Positions 38,052 through 47,186 of a stretch of 64,000 bases of DNA are shown piece by piece (the first letter of the stretch is position 1; every line of letters starts with the position of its first letter). Both the position numbers and the translations under genes were made by a program. The notes under the pieces were generated by a model, which saw only the letters and a list, made by a program, of their open reading frames with translations, searched no databases and was not told where the DNA came from. The DNA lies in the sequence record NC_042081.1. One strand, 5' to 3'.

Positions 38052-38330
38052 TTATTTTATTACAATGCCTTCAGCATTGCGTACTGCTTCTTTAGCAAAT
38101 TGAACATCTCCAAATACATGTTCAATAAACTTTGATGCATCTGACCCAGCTACATCGCTTGATAGTAGTTTCACAGTCTTGGTAATCTTACCAGGATAAT
38201 AGAGGATGATATCCCATCCATCACTTTCTTTAACAGAGCGAATTTTTAGAATAGGCTCTTCTTTACCAAGGTGTTCAAGACTAACACCACTTTTAACGGC
38301 GGCTTCAAATACTACATCAGAGATAGACAT
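38052..38330 (-). CDS. hypothetical protein
   Basis: 92-aa ORF. Confidence 0.65.
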   Translation of the reverse strand: MSISDVVFEAAVKSGVSLEHLGKEEPILKIRSVKESDGWDIILYYPGKITKTVKLLSSDVAGSDASKFIEHVFGDVQFAKEAVRNAEGIVIK

Positions 38331-38357
38331 ATTAGTTACCTTCTTAAAAGAAAGCGG

Positions 38358-38591
38358 TCATGCGACCGCATCTTTAATCAGCGAGATAATTCGCGCTGAT
38401 GGTTCGCGCCAAAATTCAATACGTACATTATTGAACTGGCTATCGTGATGCATAAAAGCTGATGATTGCTTTGCTGCATCGTGATTCATAATAGAACGTA
38501 GCTGAATAATATTTTTGTCTTTGAGTCGGATACCATCCAGATCAATGACTTTCAGTCCAGAGTTCATAGTTTTTACAGTTACATGTTGCAT
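38358..38591 (-). CDS. hypothetical protein
   Basis: 77 aa; AAGGA RBS. Confidence 0.6.
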   Translation of the reverse strand: MQHVTVKTMNSGLKVIDLDGIRLKDKNIIQLRSIMNHDAAKQSSAFMHHDSQFNNVRIEFWREPSARIISLIKDAVA

Positions 38592-38643
38592 TTACAGTTT
38601 CCTTTTAGTTGGATTAAAAAATCTGTTAAACTTCTTTTATAAG

Positions 38644-39066
38644 TTATTTCGGTTTTGCGATGGCTTTGATGAGTTCCTGTTCAAGTTGTACGAGTTCATC
38701 ATCTGTGATGTCGCGGGAAACACACATACACCGTCTTGGTCTTTTATACCACGTAATACAGATATCACGCCAAACCAGAGCCCCTCCATCTGCACCTGGA
38801 AGCCTGAATGTTTCAAGTTCGTCAGTGTTAAGAGAAGGACCACCAAGATAAGGATAAAATCTTTCGTAATCAATTCCACTATATTTCATCACTAGGTCAT
38901 ATAGTGGTAGTTGGACCATTTTCCAATATGAAGCTAATTTAATATCCTCACTTGGTACAGATGCCCAATACTCTTTTACAGCATCATCCATTTCTTCTGG
39001 CTTGGGAAGCCCACCAACCAGAAAATAAGCGTATGCTGCTACTTCAACTAAGCGTGTATTTTTCAT
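38644..39066 (-). CDS. hypothetical protein
   Basis: 140-aa ORF. Confidence 0.65.
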   Translation of the reverse strand: MKNTRLVEVAAYAYFLVGGLPKPEEMDDAVKEYWASVPSEDIKLASYWKMVQLPLYDLVMKYSGIDYERFYPYLGGPSLNTDELETFRLPGADGGALVWRDICITWYKRPRRCMCVSRDITDDELVQLEQELIKAIAKPK

Positions 39067-39086
39067 AGCTTAATCCTAATTAAATT

Positions 39087-39617
39087 CTAGAACATCAAAA
39101 TGCCTACATCAGTATCCTTAAGTGTTGGCAGGCTAGTAACGATGACTAATTTGATATTACGTTTGGTAATTCCTTCACTAGCATTAATGATAGCTGACAT
39201 AACCCCATTACCACCTGTACGTGCACGCACTGCTTTATCAACATCTTCGGTAATAATAACAGATCCATTTGGAAAACCTCTAATGAGATCAGCGAATTCA
39301 GGATGTTCTAAAATATCGGACCGATCAGCTAAATAAATTTTATCATCCCAGCCTCGATGATTCAACATTTCTCTAGCGAAGTTTGACTCACTGGTATCGG
39401 GTTTACCAAAAATAATTAGTACATTAGAACTAGATTCAAAAAATATATCCCAAAGTTCCGCTGGTGTAAAATTGAAGTAAGGATAGAACTTGTGGATATC
39501 ACTAACTGGTTGATATTCTAGACATGTTTCTACAGTTGTAGCCAATGTACCATTTGCTGTAAGATGAATCCTCTTAAGATATTTGGATGGTTTATTATTT
39601 AAATAATCATTAGGCAT
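39087..39617 (-). CDS. degenerate, truncated AAA ATPase-like protein
   Basis: LIIFGKPDTSES in place of Walker A; VIITEDVD Walker B; GNGVMSAIINASEG; ends before the arginine finger. Confidence 0.55.
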   Translation of the reverse strand: MPNDYLNNKPSKYLKRIHLTANGTLATTVETCLEYQPVSDIHKFYPYFNFTPAELWDIFFESSSNVLIIFGKPDTSESNFAREMLNHRGWDDKIYLADRSDILEHPEFADLIRGFPNGSVIITEDVDKAVRARTGGNGVMSAIINASEGITKRNIKLVIVTSLPTLKDTDVGILMF

Positions 39618-39662
39618 TATATTTTCCTTTTTAAATAAATAAGGAAATTAACTATAGTGTTA

Positions 39663-40022
39663 TTATTTACCAATAGATACAATTACCTCTTTTAATTTAC
39701 CATGGTCATTAATTGCCATTTGACAAGTGGGACACGGATATGCATCTAATGGCCTACCATCAGAACCGACTCGCGCAACATAGATCCTATATCCTTTTCC
39801 CTTGGAGAGGATGATAGAACGCAACTCACTATGCATCTCACAACGTAGATCAGACAATCCTGCTTTTAGAGAATAACGTTTCTGAACAGGATGTGTTTTA
39901 CCATACATATTTTGGCTTTCACTAATAATCCTGCCACGCTTATCAGTAATGACTGAATAAACACGTTGACGATGTTTTACATAAGGGATCTCGCGACACT
40001 TTTCCAAAGCATAATCCAACAT
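39663..40022 (-). CDS. zinc-dependent cytidine/dCMP deaminase-like protein
   Basis: MHSE...PCPTC motifs; start moved to ATG 40022 because a promoter motif lies inside the track's 5' extension. Confidence 0.75.
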   Translation of the reverse strand: MLDYALEKCREIPYVKHRQRVYSVITDKRGRIISESQNMYGKTHPVQKRYSLKAGLSDLRCEMHSELRSIILSKGKGYRIYVARVGSDGRPLDAYPCPTCQMAINDHGKLKEVIVSIGK

Positions 40023-40065
40023 AATTGATTTACCTATTTGAAATTTAGATAGTTTTATCACATTT

Positions 40066-40095
40066 GTAATATACTGTTTAAAATGCTTTAAATAC
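40066..40095 (-). promoter_or_regulatory. putative early promoter
   Basis: TATATTAC at 40066-40073, downstream of the terminator hairpin at 40113-40133. Confidence 0.75.
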
Positions 40096-40146
40096 AAAAA
40101 AATAAAATATAAGCCCTCCCGCAATGGGAGGGCAATATAATAACTA

Positions 40147-40581
40147 TTACAATTTATTCGCCATTTTACCTGGTACTATAACCCAGTGTAAATTACATTT
40201 AATGTGTTTATTTTTAAGAGACATTCCTGAGATACACACATCCTCTTTGGTTATGCTAATTTTAAATAAAGCTTCCCATTTATTAGCTGTGATGATTTCA
40301 TCAACAGTGTGATGGAATTTAAGTGTGTTATCTAATACTGAAATATAAAAGTCTTTATTGGGTTGACCTTTAGTTAAATCAATTATTAACCTATTATTTA
40401 ATTTAGGTGAAAAAGTTGTTAATGTACCATCTTCATTATTTTCAGATATATAAGAGCAACCAGTAATAATGAAGACATTATCATTTACACTATTGGCATA
40501 AATTATTTTTGGGTGTTTAAAAATATTAATTAGATAAACAATAATTGCTGACAGGATTAGTGCAATTACTATATCAGCCAT
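40147..40581 (-). CDS. membrane-anchored hypothetical protein
   Basis: N-terminal TM IVIALILSAIIVYLINIF. Confidence 0.7.
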   Translation of the reverse strand: MADIVIALILSAIIVYLINIFKHPKIIYANSVNDNVFIITGCSYISENNEDGTLTTFSPKLNNRLIIDLTKGQPNKDFYISVLDNTLKFHHTVDEIITANKWEALFKISITKEDVCISGMSLKNKHIKCNLHWVIVPGKMANKL

Positions 40582-40583
40582 TA

Positions 40584-40958
40584 TTAACCCCTATTAACAA
40601 AGATAAAATAATCTCGTAGTTCACCAGCTAAATCTAATGGTTGATAATTATCACTACCATCATCATAAGGGATATAATCAGCACCTGCTTCTACAGCCGC
40701 TAAATATTCTTCCTCACCAACTGCTGGAATTAAATGAAACGCTGGGCAATCGTCATTATTGCCATCTAGTATATCTAGCATGCCTGTAATGACACTATCT
40801 GCTACAGCCCTGTCCCGATCAGCTGGCTCTGTAAATTGATCAAGTTTAGAGTTATTGATAGCATTATCACGCATATTGACAACACTACTAATAAATAGTT
40901 CTTTAACTTGTTCCTGTGTTACAGGTTTAACATTACCATCGCCTTCAAAATAGATCAT
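40584..40958 (-). CDS. hypothetical protein, paralog of 41003-41689
   Basis: LDGNNDDCPAFHLIP...DLAGELR. Confidence 0.7.
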   Translation of the reverse strand: MIYFEGDGNVKPVTQEQVKELFISSVVNMRDNAINNSKLDQFTEPADRDRAVADSVITGMLDILDGNNDDCPAFHLIPAVGEEEYLAAVEAGADYIPYDDGSDNYQPLDLAGELRDYFIFVNRG

Positions 40959-41002
40959 AATTACATACCTTGTTATCAGTAGCTTATAAATTTATTAGTT
41001 CA

Positions 41003-41689
41003 TTAACGCATTATTCGACTGATATCATCAGCTATTTGTGATTGTATCTTTTCCGCTTTTTCTTTAGCTTTTTCTACTAACATAGCAAGTTGCTCTTGCG
41101 TAAAATTACCCGAGTAATACTTAACAGGTTTCTCACCTGCTAAACTAAGGAAATGGTTCAATAGTGCATGTGGTCCTTTGAAAGGTTCCGTAAATGTCTT
41201 AGAAACTTGATAACGTAGATTACCAGAAATATCAACTGCATCACACTTTGCACGGATATTATCTTTTAAATTTTCAACTGGGTTTACTGGCCAATAATTC
41301 TCACCAATACTTATTAGGTAGTCAATATCCTCTTGAGTAACATTAGGTATAAGTTTGAATCCGGGTATATTTGGATCATTGCCATCTAGGCCAGCTGCGA
41401 TGCTATATATAAATCCATCAAGCATATCTCTGATAGATAGTGCCTTATCTGTATTTTGAGTATCGGTATACTGTTTATGCCAGTAATTACGTGTGCTTTG
41501 AAGCCAATTTACAAAGAGAGAAGTTTGTTCCTCTTTTGTATATTCTCTCGGATCATCTACTTTCTCCCATTCTTTTTGTTTATTTATCTTAGGAGTCTTA
41601 GTTTTCTTTACAGGTTGTTCAATCGGTGAATCTGAAACCTTTGTTTCAAATCCTATACCAACTATAGTTTTATCGGTTGTATTGATCAT
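41003..41689 (-). CDS. hypothetical protein, paralog of 40584-40958
   Basis: LDGNDPNIPGFKLIP...DISGNLR. Confidence 0.7.
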   Translation of the reverse strand: MINTTDKTIVGIGFETKVSDSPIEQPVKKTKTPKINKQKEWEKVDDPREYTKEEQTSLFVNWLQSTRNYWHKQYTDTQNTDKALSIRDMLDGFIYSIAAGLDGNDPNIPGFKLIPNVTQEDIDYLISIGENYWPVNPVENLKDNIRAKCDAVDISGNLRYQVSKTFTEPFKGPHALLNHFLSLAGEKPVKYYSGNFTQEQLAMLVEKAKEKAEKIQSQIADDISRIMR

Positions 41690-41916
41690 AGAACATGAAA
41701 CCTTTGTATATAGTTTGGTTTTATGCGTTTAGTAAATTGCGCTGAATGCTCAATGTAATAAATGCATTTATCATTAAGTGAATACACTGTATAATAGGTT
41801 TTAGCACATATATGTCGTATGCCAATAGTAACACATATTTCCCAACCGATCTTTGTAAATACATAACCTAACTGATTAGGCTCTATTTCTAAACATCTTT
41901 TGTCGAAGTTAACCAT
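41686..41916 (-). CDS. small hypothetical protein
   Basis: 76-aa ORF, overlap-coupled. Confidence 0.55.
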   Translation of the reverse strand: MVNFDKRCLEIEPNQLGYVFTKIGWEICVTIGIRHICAKTYYTVYSLNDKCIYYIEHSAQFTKRIKPNYIQRFHVL

Positions 41917-42356
41917 TGTGGCTTCCTCGGAATAGTTCGCAAGTACTGAACAATAAGTCGCGCGAATTCATCCATATCGTCTTCAACTAGAATTAACTCA
42001 TCCAATGTATACCAGCCATCATCAGTTGTTTCAATTAGATTAGAATCATCTTTGATTTCTCTATCTAAGATGGCGTATAATCTAGTTGGTCCAAAATCAG
42101 GCTCTTCTATAACCCCAAGATGTATCAAAGAATTTCTATTATTAGTATCATCTGTGATAGTTGGCTGAACACTAATATTGGAAGTTTCCTCTGGGAAGTT
42201 ATAACTATCTAAAATAGCAAAATCAGTTAATTGTCTAATAGCCTTTCTAGTGAAATCATAAACCTTCACTATGGGATGAATCACATAGGTTAGTTTATCA
42301 TTAACTAAACGTTGCCTTAAATTAATAAATGCGCAGTTATTCATCGACATACTCAT
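41889..42356 (-). CDS. hypothetical protein
   Basis: 155-aa ORF. Confidence 0.65.
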   Translation of the reverse strand: MSMSMNNCAFINLRQRLVNDKLTYVIHPIVKVYDFTRKAIRQLTDFAILDSYNFPEETSNISVQPTITDDTNNRNSLIHLGVIEEPDFGPTRLYAILDREIKDDSNLIETTDDGWYTLDELILVEDDMDEFARLIVQYLRTIPRKPQWLTSTKDV

Positions 42357-42711
42357 GTACCATTTTAATAGTTTTCAAAAATACTTCTTGATTATTACTA
42401 TCATCTGCTTTTAGAATAACAGGATGACACATAAATTCATTTTCCAATGATACTCGATAATATTCATTAATTGTCTGAATGAAATCAAGCGGGGGATAAA
42501 TAATAATATCCTTATCTGTTTCGGCGTAATTAACTACATTTGGTTCATGTTTAAATTTGGATTTATTTAATTTATAAACAAAGTATTTTATATCATTTTT
42601 ATCTACTTGTGATACAAATACAATTCGTTCATACATTGATAAATCAATATCTTTACCAATATTGATAGACAGTGGCATACCAATAAATGAGCGTTTAATA
42701 TTTTCATTCAT
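42337..42711 (-). CDS. hypothetical protein
   Basis: 124 aa; after the promoter at 42751. Confidence 0.65.
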   Translation of the reverse strand: MNENIKRSFIGMPLSINIGKDIDLSMYERIVFVSQVDKNDIKYFVYKLNKSKFKHEPNVVNYAETDKDIIIYPPLDFIQTINEYYRVSLENEFMCHPVILKADDSNNQEVFLKTIKMVHEYVDE

Positions 42712-42750
42712 TTTTTAATTACCTATTTAATAGTTTAATGTTGTATTAGT

Positions 42751-42779
42751 GTAATATAGATTTCAAAAAAAATTTAATG
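42751..42779 (-). promoter_or_regulatory. putative early promoter
   Basis: TATATTAC; 29 bp identical to 58408-58436. Confidence 0.75.
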
Positions 42780-42814
42780 TAAAAGCCCTCTCCTTTGGGA
42801 GAGGGTTTATGACT

Positions 42815-42922
42815 TTATTTATATTTTTTCTTATGAGTGTGATAAATATAGCTAAATAGCATACCGATTGACATTGATACAGCTACCATACCCACATAGA
42901 AAAGTTCATTACTAAGTTGCAT
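42815..42922 (-). CDS. small membrane protein (35 aa)
   Basis: Hand-translated [35 protein letters not shown]; GAGGA RBS; hairpin at 42785-42806 follows. Confidence 0.6.
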   Translation of the reverse strand: MQLSNELFYVGMVAVSMSIGMLFSYIYHTHKKKYK

Positions 42923-42982
42923 TAGATTTCCTCAAATAGTTTAATTTATCCCACCTAGTTTTAACCGTCCAGTCGGTTAAAA

Positions 42983-43002
42983 AGAGGACCCGAAGGTCCT
43001 CT
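42983..43002 (-). terminator. terminator of the periplasmic-protein operon
   Basis: AGAGGACC-TTCG-GGTCCTCT-TTTT. Confidence 0.8.
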
Positions 43003-43004
43003 AA

Positions 43005-43244
43005 TTATTTCTTATAACTCTCAGGGCATCCCATTTTGAGTTTGCCATCCTTTGGGTCTTCAGCGAATAATACTTCATCTGGACACTTCTTAACAGGAGT
43101 GTCCTTCGCCTTATCTTCCCATTCTACAACAGGCATTTCTAATTTCTTACGAAATTGATACGTATCATAAAGAACATACGTAATCATTCCCATAAGAGAG
43201 ATTACCCATACCCATGCAACAATTAGGATGATTCTAGTTATCAT
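43005..43244 (-). CDS. small membrane-anchored protein
   Basis: N-terminal TM; C-terminal C...C pair. Confidence 0.7.
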   Translation of the reverse strand: MITRIILIVAWVWVISLMGMITYVLYDTYQFRKKLEMPVVEWEDKAKDTPVKKCPDEVLFAEDPKDGKLKMGCPESYKK

Positions 43245-43611
43245 ACAACTCCTCGCCGACTATATTGAAACACCCATTACTGAGTTTTTCAGTCAGCATC
43301 TCACCAAGATCACTTCCCTCGCTCTTTGCCAAAAGCTTAAGTGCGGGATCAGTGAGATTTTGGTATATTACATCGACATTATCCAATGCGATATTAATAG
43401 CGAGTGCCTTATCACTCTGGTTTTTATCTATGGCAATGGATAGTTCATCTTGCAGTATTGCATACATCTCCAATGGCTCACCGCCATTAGTGTAGAATTG
43501 AACCATATTCTTTGCCAAGCTGTGCAGCACGTAGCAAGATGACACGGTTACGGGTTGTGCATTAACCGACATTGCTACCATAGTGATAATGAGCGAGAAG
43601 ACGTATTTCAT
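43234..43611 (-). CDS. secreted two-Cys helical protein (family member)
   Basis: Signal ...SVNA|QPVTVSSC; C-terminal NGCFNIVGEEL. Confidence 0.7.
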   Translation of the reverse strand: MKYVFSLIITMVAMSVNAQPVTVSSCYVLHSLAKNMVQFYTNGGEPLEMYAILQDELSIAIDKNQSDKALAINIALDNVDVIYQNLTDPALKLLAKSEGSDLGEMLTEKLSNGCFNIVGEELYDN

Positions 43612-43643
43612 CCTATTTTCCTTTTGAAAGTATTCGATATGAA

Positions 43644-44099
43644 TTAAATGAGTTCAACAATTACCATGTGAGTGAATTTCTCACCAATATGCTTCATGCA
43701 GTAATTGCCATAATACCCGCTGATAAAAGCTGCCAGATTAGGAGTAGTCACATTGTAACCTTGACTACGGATATAATCATGGATCTCTTTACTGTTAAGG
43801 TCATTATTGATTTTATTAAGACTATTGAATACGAATGTTAACGCAATCCAATTATTGGTATCCAACTCATCTTTGAGTTTAGCAGAGTTGTTGAGCATAA
43901 GCACACCAACTTCATCTGCGCTATGACCTTCACTCATTCGAAATACAGCTTGTTTAGTAATGGTTTCAACCATTGCACACGACTGCACAGTGAGTTGAGC
44001 ATCTTTTTTACCAATCTTGATTTCAGCCATTGCGGTATTGAACATGATACCGGTAATGGCAATGAGACCAGCGAAAGCTGCTGCAATTACATTTTTCAT
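43644..44099 (-). CDS. secreted two-Cys helical protein (family member)
   Basis: Signal ...TAMA|...LTVQSC; C-terminal NYCMKHIGEKF. Confidence 0.7.
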   Translation of the reverse strand: MKNVIAAAFAGLIAITGIMFNTAMAEIKIGKKDAQLTVQSCAMVETITKQAVFRMSEGHSADEVGVLMLNNSAKLKDELDTNNWIALTFVFNSLNKINNDLNSKEIHDYIRSQGYNVTTPNLAAFISGYYGNYCMKHIGEKFTHMVIVELI

Positions 44100-44116
44100 T
44101 TTAAATCCTTCTTCAT

Positions 44117-44500
44117 TTATTTAATGGTAAGAATAGTAATTTTTTCAGGATTTACTGGAACTTTAATTTTAGATTTATGTTGGAGAAACTCAACAACCAC
44201 CATAGACTTATCCATTTTATACACTTCACATACTTTGACAAGCCTATCTACTACGCAACCAATTTTACCGGCATTTTGAGAAAAGAAAGATTTTGCTTTT
44301 CTAATAGCCTCGCGTTTCTCAAGCATTTCCATATGCATATTTTCAATATGTTTATCGCGTTGAACACGATTAAACTTACGCATATGTCGTTCGATCTTAC
44401 TAATTTCAGAAGAGTGTAATGAATAAGCAGCAGCTTCTTTCAGTTTCTCATATACTTCCACTGCCATTACCACGTGATCATCTTCAAAATTTCTTTTCAT
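44117..44500 (-). CDS. hypothetical protein, coiled coil plus SH3/KOW-like C-terminus
   Basis: 127-aa ORF. Confidence 0.6.
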   Translation of the reverse strand: MKRNFEDDHVVMAVEVYEKLKEAAAYSLHSSEISKIERHMRKFNRVQRDKHIENMHMEMLEKREAIRKAKSFFSQNAGKIGCVVDRLVKVCEVYKMDKSMVVVEFLQHKSKIKVPVNPEKITILTIK

Positions 44501-44513
44501 ATCTATGCCTTTT

Positions 44514-45308
44514 TTACTGTTTGATTAAATTTGACACTGCTTCTTGTTTACATTGAGTATTCATCCATAATGCAATGTCTTTGGGTTCTTGTCCAGTTTC
44601 CACCATATCGATAATGATACGGGTATTACGTTGTGCTTTCTCACGGGCATTTAACATATCAGGATCATTAATAATGAATTCCCTACCCATAACTGGATCT
44701 AATCCAATATAAGCTTTAGATGCAATAGTTCTCACCATTGCTTCATATTGGTCACATCCACGTTCAGTTAATACAAGGTTATCTGCATTGGCACTACCGC
44801 CAAATAGCAAACCTAGGAATCCATAGAAAAAAGTGTGACGTATTGTCTTCCAACAAATACGCATCTCTTCATTTTTTGTATAAAGCTTTTCCCAATCAAA
44901 CATTAAATAGAAACTTTCTTTTTGGATAGAAGGGTGTAACCAAATAGGTTTAATACTTACTTCAAGAAGTTTACTATTTGGATTCTTACCGATAAAGATA
45001 ACTTCAACAATGGCTCGTGCTAAAGCATCTTTTTCTTTACCATTCCATCCAAATTTTATTTCATCAGCCGTAATGTAAAGACGTATTCCATCACCCACGT
45101 ATTTGGGTAACCAAACAGCTTTACCTAGTTGCACTGGAACATCATTAGGGATTCCCCCAACCATCCAGGTGGCCTTGGTGAAATGAATAGCAACATCATC
45201 ATTCAACCATTTTAGAATAGCTGGCCTTACCCAACTATCTACCAAATTACCACATGTCAATGCAGCTAGCATAGCCATGAGCATAATGACAATATAGATA
45301 CTAATCAT
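44514..45308 (-). CDS. membrane protein fused to a secreted two-Cys family domain
   Basis: N-terminal TM; internal signal-like segment ...GGSANA|DNLVLTERGC; C-terminal NTQCKQE. Confidence 0.6.
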   Translation of the reverse strand: MISIYIVIMLMAMLAALTCGNLVDSWVRPAILKWLNDDVAIHFTKATWMVGGIPNDVPVQLGKAVWLPKYVGDGIRLYITADEIKFGWNGKEKDALARAIVEVIFIGKNPNSKLLEVSIKPIWLHPSIQKESFYLMFDWEKLYTKNEEMRICWKTIRHTFFYGFLGLLFGGSANADNLVLTERGCDQYEAMVRTIASKAYIGLDPVMGREFIINDPDMLNAREKAQRNTRIIIDMVETGQEPKDIALWMNTQCKQEAVSNLIKQ

Positions 45309-45311
45309 AGT

Positions 45312-45671
45312 CTACTCCAAGTTAAATTTAGTACCAATTGCTTCAACACAATTTTCAGCTAACCTATCTAGGATAGCTCCATTGGTAAATCCTTTTCGTT
45401 TATTTACTCGAATATCAACTAAGTTTAACTTGGCATATACCGCACCTGCATAGAACTCCAAGTCATCCATATCCTTACGAGAGATCATGTCTAACTGCAT
45501 CATTATCTCAAATTGGGATAGGTTCTTATCATAAAGCTCAGTTGCTTTTTGTGAAAGATTTACTGCCACATTACATGATTTCTTAGTAATACCCACTTCT
45601 ACAGCGTGGGCAGGCTGACATGCAATGGACAGGATTGGCAGGAAAAGGAATAATAGCCAATTCTTAAGCAT
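45312..45671 (-). CDS. secreted two-Cys helical protein (family member)
   Basis: Signal ...PAHA|VEVGITKKSC; C-terminal ENCVEAIGTKF. Confidence 0.7.
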   Translation of the reverse strand: MLKNWLLFLFLPILSIACQPAHAVEVGITKKSCNVAVNLSQKATELYDKNLSQFEIMMQLDMISRKDMDDLEFYAGAVYAKLNLVDIRVNKRKGFTNGAILDRLAENCVEAIGTKFNLE

Positions 45672-45683
45672 GTTGTACCTCCA

Positions 45684-46091
45684 TTATTTTAGAGTAAGTG
45701 GTTTTGCTTCAAACGCACCTGCCGCTACACAACGCTGGAAATAACCATCAATGATGAATTTCTCAGGAGTGGTCTTATAGACTTTAGCAGCATTTGTTGC
45801 ACGTGGCAAACTTGCCTCAATTGCCATTTTATCTACCTTAGACCATAGGTAAAATAGACCAGTGAGTTCTTCAACTTTAGACTGGTTGGTCTTTAGATCT
45901 TTAGTGTTATTAAGGGTATAATGAATCCTTTCATAAGTCTTCATTTGCACTTCAGTTACAGATGCACCTTTTACAAACAATTCATCTGCCTGTTTTACAA
46001 ACTCGATGCATGAATCACGATTAGTGTACATGACAGCCGAGTTAGCAGTGATAGTTACAATAGACAACATAAATGCAATTACATATTTCAT
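45684..46091 (-). CDS. secreted two-Cys helical protein (family member)
   Basis: Signal ...TANS|AVMYTNRDSC; C-terminal QRCVAAG. Confidence 0.7.
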   Translation of the reverse strand: MKYVIAFMLSIVTITANSAVMYTNRDSCIEFVKQADELFVKGASVTEVQMKTYERIHYTLNNTKDLKTNQSKVEELTGLFYLWSKVDKMAIEASLPRATNAAKVYKTTPEKFIIDGYFQRCVAAGAFEAKPLTLK

Positions 46092-46117
46092 AATGAATTA
46101 CCTCAAAATTAATTTTA

Positions 46118-46381
46118 TTAACTATTGGTTTCACCACGAGTATTGAATTCTAAATCCAATACAACTTTAGTAAATTCTTCCAGTGCACCACCCTCGTAGA
46201 TGAGTGGGTCACTGTCACCCCGGTACATGCTACCTACCGGTACTTGACCACGAAACACCATCAGCATATCGTTTTTTACTATGACATGATGTTCATCCCC
46301 GACAGCAATGTCTTGGATGTGTCTCCAGCGTTCACGCAGTAAGCTGCAAGCGCACCATACGGATTTCAAACGTTCAGTCAT
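46118..46381 (-). CDS. hypothetical protein
   Basis: 87 aa; first gene after the promoter at 46415. Confidence 0.7.
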   Translation of the reverse strand: MTERLKSVWCACSLLRERWRHIQDIAVGDEHHVIVKNDMLMVFRGQVPVGSMYRGDSDPLIYEGGALEEFTKVVLDLEFNTRGETNS

Positions 46382-46414
46382 TGTATTGCCCTCTTGGTTA
46401 TTAAATTCATATTT

Positions 46415-46445
46415 GTAATATAGCTTTTTAAATAGTTTAAATACA
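46415..46445 (-). promoter_or_regulatory. putative early promoter
   Basis: TATATTAC at 46415-46422, downstream of the terminator at 46462-46481. Confidence 0.75.
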
Positions 46446-46499
46446 AAAAAAGATAAATAAAACCCTCCCCGAAGGGAGGGTGTATATTAAGTAATTATT

Positions 46500-47156
46500 T
46501 TAACATACAATTTCATTATCAGAAAATAGTTTATTATATTCTTTTAGTGCATCCCCACCAACCATAGTACACCTGCCATAGAGAACAGATATAGCCAGAT
46601 CTTTAATAGCGGGGTGACAATTATTTAACTTACTGATTAGTTGAGCTTTCTCAGTCAGATACAGTTCAGCAAAATCAGGCTTATCATTAACAATCGACCA
46701 CATGTTTGAAATGGAATCTAGTAACTTAAGAGATTGACCACTCCATGAAATGCGAGAAAGTCTTTCATGTTGTAAACTAATCCTAGTTTTACGATTACCT
46801 TCGTAAGTTACATTTGTTAGTTCAGTTACTAAATTAACAACAGGGATTGAGAATAGTTTAGTTAGATCAGAAGCAGTTACAGCAGTATCCTCAATTACAT
46901 CATGTAACCATGCTGCTTTATAAGCAGCGTGAGATAGGTCGAATAATTGCGCCATCTCAGCTACTTGTAATAAATGATGCCAGTAAGGTTTTCCTGAACC
47001 ATCTCGCAATTGACCAACAGCAGTATGTGCCGCAATGGCATATGATGCAGCCATTGCATTACCCGCATTGGAATATTTGCCATTACCTAGATGGTTAGTT
47101 AAGAGAATATTCTCTTTCCCTCCTTCTAGAATATCGATAATTTCATTCATTAGCAT
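46500..47156 (-). CDS. HD-domain small alarmone hydrolase (Mesh1/SpoT-HD-like)
   Basis: AIAAH..Q.RDGSGKPYWHH...V; AAWLHDVIEDT; LKLLD.ISN. Confidence 0.8.
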   Translation of the reverse strand: MLMNEIIDILEGGKENILLTNHLGNGKYSNAGNAMAASYAIAAHTAVGQLRDGSGKPYWHHLLQVAEMAQLFDLSHAAYKAAWLHDVIEDTAVTASDLTKLFSIPVVNLVTELTNVTYEGNRKTRISLQHERLSRISWSGQSLKLLDSISNMWSIVNDKPDFAELYLTEKAQLISKLNNCHPAIKDLAISVLYGRCTMVGGDALKEYNKLFSDNEIVC

Positions 47157-47186
47157 AGCTATATTCCTATTTAAATTATTGGAAAC

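Noticed and set aside
40023-40124. 5' extension of the deaminase ORF
   Set aside because: It contains the early promoter and part of a terminator hairpin
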